A stretch of 64,000 nucleotides of DNA, taken from assembly GCA_964405295.1 (NCBI GenBank), contig CAYONI010000001.1, forward strand, positions 1-64,000, in the 5' to 3' direction. This DNA is from an uncultured Methanosarcinales archaeon. Its GTDB lineage: Archaea > Nanobdellota > Nanobdellia > Woesearchaeales > CAYZNE01. Position numbers and translations under genes: made by a program. Under the pieces are notes generated by a model. That model was not told the origin of the DNA, ran no database searches, and saw nothing but the letters and a program-made list of their open reading frames with translations. Numbering within the stretch: the stretch's first letter is position 1; each line of letters opens with the position of its first letter. Shown here piece by piece: positions 60,973-64,000 of this stretch.

Positions 60973-61016
60973 TAATTGAAACAAACTTTATAAAATCAGA
61001 TATTTTCTAAGTACTT

Positions 61017-62771
61017 ATGGTAAGAATAGCTATAGTTGACAAATCAAAGTGTAATCCTCTTAAATGTGGTAATTATTTGTGTAGATCGGTTTGTCCTGTG
61101 AATAGAGCAGGCGATGATGAGTGTATAATTATTGATGAGGTTGATAAGAAAGTCAAAGTAGTTGAAGAACTTTGCATAGATAAATGTTCTATTTGCGTAA
61201 AGAAATGTCCTTTTCATGCGCTAACCATTGTTAATTTACCTTCTGAATTAGAAACTGAGCCAATACATAGATATTCTGAAAATGGATTTGCCCTTTACAA
61301 TCTTCCTGTCCCTATTTTTGGTAAGGTTGTTGGTGTTATTGGTAGAAACGGTATTGGTAAATCTACTGCATTAAAGATTCTCGCAGGTTTAATTAAGCCA
61401 AACCTTGGAAATTTCAAAGAGAAAGTTCAGAACAAACAAATTATTGATTATTTTAAAGGAACAGAAGCTCAAGCTTTTTTCGAAAAACTTCTTGCAGGAG
61501 AAATAAAGGTTTCTTATAAACTCCAACAAGTTGATCTTATTCCTAAAGCTTTTGATGGAACTGTTCTTGATTTATTAAAAAAATCTGATGAAAAAAGTGA
61601 GTTAGATAATATTATTGACTTATTGGAATTAAGAAAAGTTCTTGATAGGGATATTAAAACGGTTTCTGGTGGAGAACTTCAAAGAATTGCTATTGCTATA
61701 ACTGTTTTGAAGAAGGCAAATGTTTATTTTTTTGATGAGCCAACATCATATTTAGATATTAAACAAAGACTTAAAGTTAGTAAGTTTATTCGAGGTTTGG
61801 TTAATGATCAAACTGCTGTTATGATTATAGAGCACGATCTAATTATTCTTGATTATATGGCTGATTTAATTCATTTAATGTTTGGTAAAGAGGCAATTTA
61901 TGGTATTTGTTCTCATGTTAAATCAACAAAATTAGGAATTAATACTTATCTTTTAGGTTATTCTAAAGACGAAAATATGAGGTTTAGAGATAAAGCTCTA
62001 ACTTTTGTTAAACCAAAAACAACAGAAACAGTTGCAGGTCCATTAATCACTGTATGGCCTAAGTTTGATAGGAAACTTGGAACTTTCGAGTTAAAATCTG
62101 AAGCAGGAGAAGTTAATGACAATCAAGTTATTGGTATTCTCGGTGAGAATGGTATTGGTAAAACTAGTTTCGTAAAAACTTTAGCAGGTGTTGATTCTGA
62201 TATTGTTGATGTAAAAGTTAAACTTGCCTATAAAGCACAGTATTTAGAGACAAGCGACGAAATTGTTGTCAACGTATTACAAAATGCTATTTCGAAATAT
62301 ACTAACCAATTAATCAAACCTCTTGATTTAGAAAAGTTATTTGAGAGGCAATTAAATGAATTGTCTGGTGGAGAGTTGCAGAGGGTTGCAATAGCACATT
62401 GTTTATCCCAAGACGCAGAACTCTTTCTTTTAGATGAGCCTTCTGCATATCTTGATGTAGAACAAAGAATTTTGGTTAGTAAAGTTATAAGAGAAATGGT
62501 TTCTACATACAGTAAATCTGCAATCGTAGTTGATCACGATCTTTTATTTATAGATTATCTTAGCGATAAATTAATTATTTTTGAAGGAGAGCCTGCAATC
62601 AGTGGTATTGCTAAAACTCCAACTGCACTTGTTAATGGTATGAATGGTTTTCTTAGAGATTTACAGATTACATTCAGAAGAGATGAAGAAAACAATAGAC
62701 CTCGTGCAAATAAAATTGATTCTCAATTAGACAGAAAGCAGAAGAGTGATGGAACGCTGTATTATGGTTAA
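61017..62771 (+). CDS. rli: ABCE1 / RLI ribosome recycling ATPase
   Basis: N-terminal Fe-S cysteines, two ABC domains (GRNGIGKST and GENGIGKTS), SGGELQR, TFRRD. Confidence 0.96.
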   Translation: MVRIAIVDKSKCNPLKCGNYLCRSVCPVNRAGDDECIIIDEVDKKVKVVEELCIDKCSICVKKCPFHALTIVNLPSELETEPIHRYSENGFALYNLPVPIFGKVVGVIGRNGIGKSTALKILAGLIKPNLGNFKEKVQNKQIIDYFKGTEAQAFFEKLLAGEIKVSYKLQQVDLIPKAFDGTVLDLLKKSDEKSELDNIIDLLELRKVLDRDIKTVSGGELQRIAIAITVLKKANVYFFDEPTSYLDIKQRLKVSKFIRGLVNDQTAVMIIEHDLIILDYMADLIHLMFGKEAIYGICSHVKSTKLGINTYLLGYSKDENMRFRDKALTFVKPKTTETVAGPLITVWPKFDRKLGTFELKSEAGEVNDNQVIGILGENGIGKTSFVKTLAGVDSDIVDVKVKLAYKAQYLETSDEIVVNVLQNAISKYTNQLIKPLDLEKLFERQLNELSGGELQRVAIAHCLSQDAELFLLDEPSAYLDVEQRILVSKVIREMVSTYSKSAIVVDHDLLFIDYLSDKLIIFEGEPAISGIAKTPTALVNGMNGFLRDLQITFRRDEENNRPRANKIDSQLDRKQKSDGTLYYG

Positions 62772-62839
62772 ATTTTATAAACAAACATGCATTCATCAAT
62801 AATAAAGATTTCACAGGAGCTAGTCCTGGAGGGGTTAAC

Positions 62840-63034
62840 ATGAAAGTATTTATTGAAAAAGAAAACAAGCAAATAGTGCTTGATAAAGAATGTACAGCAA
62901 AAGAACTTCTTGTAGAATTAGATATTAATGCTACAACTGTAATTCTAGTTAAGAATAATGAAACTATACTTTTAGATGAAGAACTCTCAAAGAATGATGA
63001 AGTAAAGATATTGTCAGTTGTCTCTGGAGGATAA
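62840..63034 (+). CDS. Ubiquitin-like sulfur carrier (SAMP/MoaD/ThiS)
   Basis: 64-aa beta-grasp protein ending VVSGG. Confidence 0.88.
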   Translation: MKVFIEKENKQIVLDKECTAKELLVELDINATTVILVKNNETILLDEELSKNDEVKILSVVSGG

Positions 63035-63037
63035 ATC

Positions 63038-63958
63038 ATGAAGTGTAGTTCGTGTTTAAAAAAAGCAGTTTATAATAATCAAGGAAGAGCTTATTGTAAA
63101 GATCATTTTCTAAACTACTTTGAGAGAAAGGTTTTTCGAACAATAAGAAAATTCTCATTAATGAAGCATGAAGATAAGATTTGTGTTGCTGCATCTGGGG
63201 GAAAAGATTCTCTGGCAGTTTTGTATATGACCATGCTTTACTGTAAAAAATATAAAATTGAATTTTTTGCTCTAAATATTGATGAGGGGATTGCAGATTA
63301 TAGAGATCACACTATTGATGACTTGAAAGTGTTCTGCAAAAGATATGACATTCCTTATCACATAATTTCATTTAAAGAAAGGTTTGGGTTTACTTTAGAT
63401 AAATTAATAAAAAAAGCATTAAAAATAGGAAAAAAGCCTTGTACGGTTTGTGGTATTCTAAGAAGAACTTTGCTTAATCGTGGTGCAAGAGAATTGGGTG
63501 CAACAAAACTTGTTACAGGACACAATCTTGATGATGAAGCTCAGGCATATTTAATGAATTTATTTTTAGGAAGCATGAAACATAACGCTGCACTCGGCCC
63601 AATCACTGGATTTAATGCTAATAATAAATTTGTTCCGAGAATAAAACCACTATATTTTATTTCTGAAAAAGAAACTAGGCTTTTTGCGTTTTTGAAAGAA
63701 TTTAGTGTTCACTTTAGTGAGTGCCCAAATATTGAACTGTCTTTCAGGGCAAAAGTTAGAGACAAATTAAATGAGCTGGAGTTGTTAAGAGCAGGGACTA
63801 AAAATGGAATAGTTAATGCTTTTCTTGAAGTTTTACCAACTCTAAAAGAGAAATACAAAAACACTAAAAGTTTTAGTTATTGTGAAAAATGTGGTGATCC
63901 CTGTGCAGGTAAAATGTGCAATGCATGTATATTAGAGGAAGAATTATGTCAGAAATAA
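63038..63958 (+). CDS. ncsA: tRNA 2-thiolation enzyme NcsA/TtuA (Ncs6 family)
   Basis: Zn fingers at both ends, PP-loop SGGKDS, CxxC, GHNLDD. Confidence 0.9.
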   Translation: MKCSSCLKKAVYNNQGRAYCKDHFLNYFERKVFRTIRKFSLMKHEDKICVAASGGKDSLAVLYMTMLYCKKYKIEFFALNIDEGIADYRDHTIDDLKVFCKRYDIPYHIISFKERFGFTLDKLIKKALKIGKKPCTVCGILRRTLLNRGARELGATKLVTGHNLDDEAQAYLMNLFLGSMKHNAALGPITGFNANNKFVPRIKPLYFISEKETRLFAFLKEFSVHFSECPNIELSFRAKVRDKLNELELLRAGTKNGIVNAFLEVLPTLKEKYKNTKSFSYCEKCGDPCAGKMCNACILEEELCQK

Positions 63959-64000
63959 ACTCAAGAAGTGAAATTATTATCGGAAAAGAAGGAATTAAAA
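63946..64000 (+). CDS. Partial CDS, possibly a UbaA/ThiF E1-like enzyme (truncated by the window end)
   Basis: MSEINSRSEIIIGKEGIK resembles the ThiF N-terminal SR....IG.EG; operon context fits. Confidence 0.5.
   Translation, partial: MSEINSRSEIIIGKEGIK

Noticed and set aside
5192..63039. Numerous short antisense or out-of-frame ORFs nested in long genes (e.g. 22555..22995, 48834..49208, 62674..63039)
   Set aside because: Shadow ORFs of well-supported genes, with no recognisable motifs or start signals.

Overview
AT-rich archaeal chromosomal window, most consistent with a DPANN lineage such as Woesearchaeota. This is an inference from the archaeal information-processing genes together with a bacterial-type gyrA and tgt, a form III RuBisCO, unlinked 23S and 5S rRNA genes and an intron-containing tRNA-Ile(UAU). 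RNA genes: the 3' part of 23S rRNA, 5S rRNA, RNase P RNA and five tRNAs. Protein genes are mostly housekeeping (gyrA, aglB, ftsY, pfdA, aIF6, aCPSF1, psmB, asnS, aspS, rfcS, rps2, radB, ABCE1, SAMP/NcsA), plus surface proteins and a MoxR-DUF58-vWA operon. Two 100-N assembly gaps both fall in tandem repeats. The most unusual signals are non-coding: (i) arrays of duplicated tRNA-Glu 3' ends, each carrying a double-hairpin cassette with compensatory base changes; (ii) a dispersed REP/MITE-like family with the same CAATA..TATTG-AGCA hairpin at gene 3' ends; (iii) an ORB-like box with a G-string inside eight GTCTCA repeats next to a winged-helix gene, a candidate origin or centromere; (iv) an orphan structured RNA of about 110 nt; (v) a uORF and possible attenuator before an ABC-F gene. 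Several small ORFs missed by the ORF track were read by hand (two RHH paralogs, L41e, a partial UbaA-like gene). No database searches were run; all product calls come from motif recognition.
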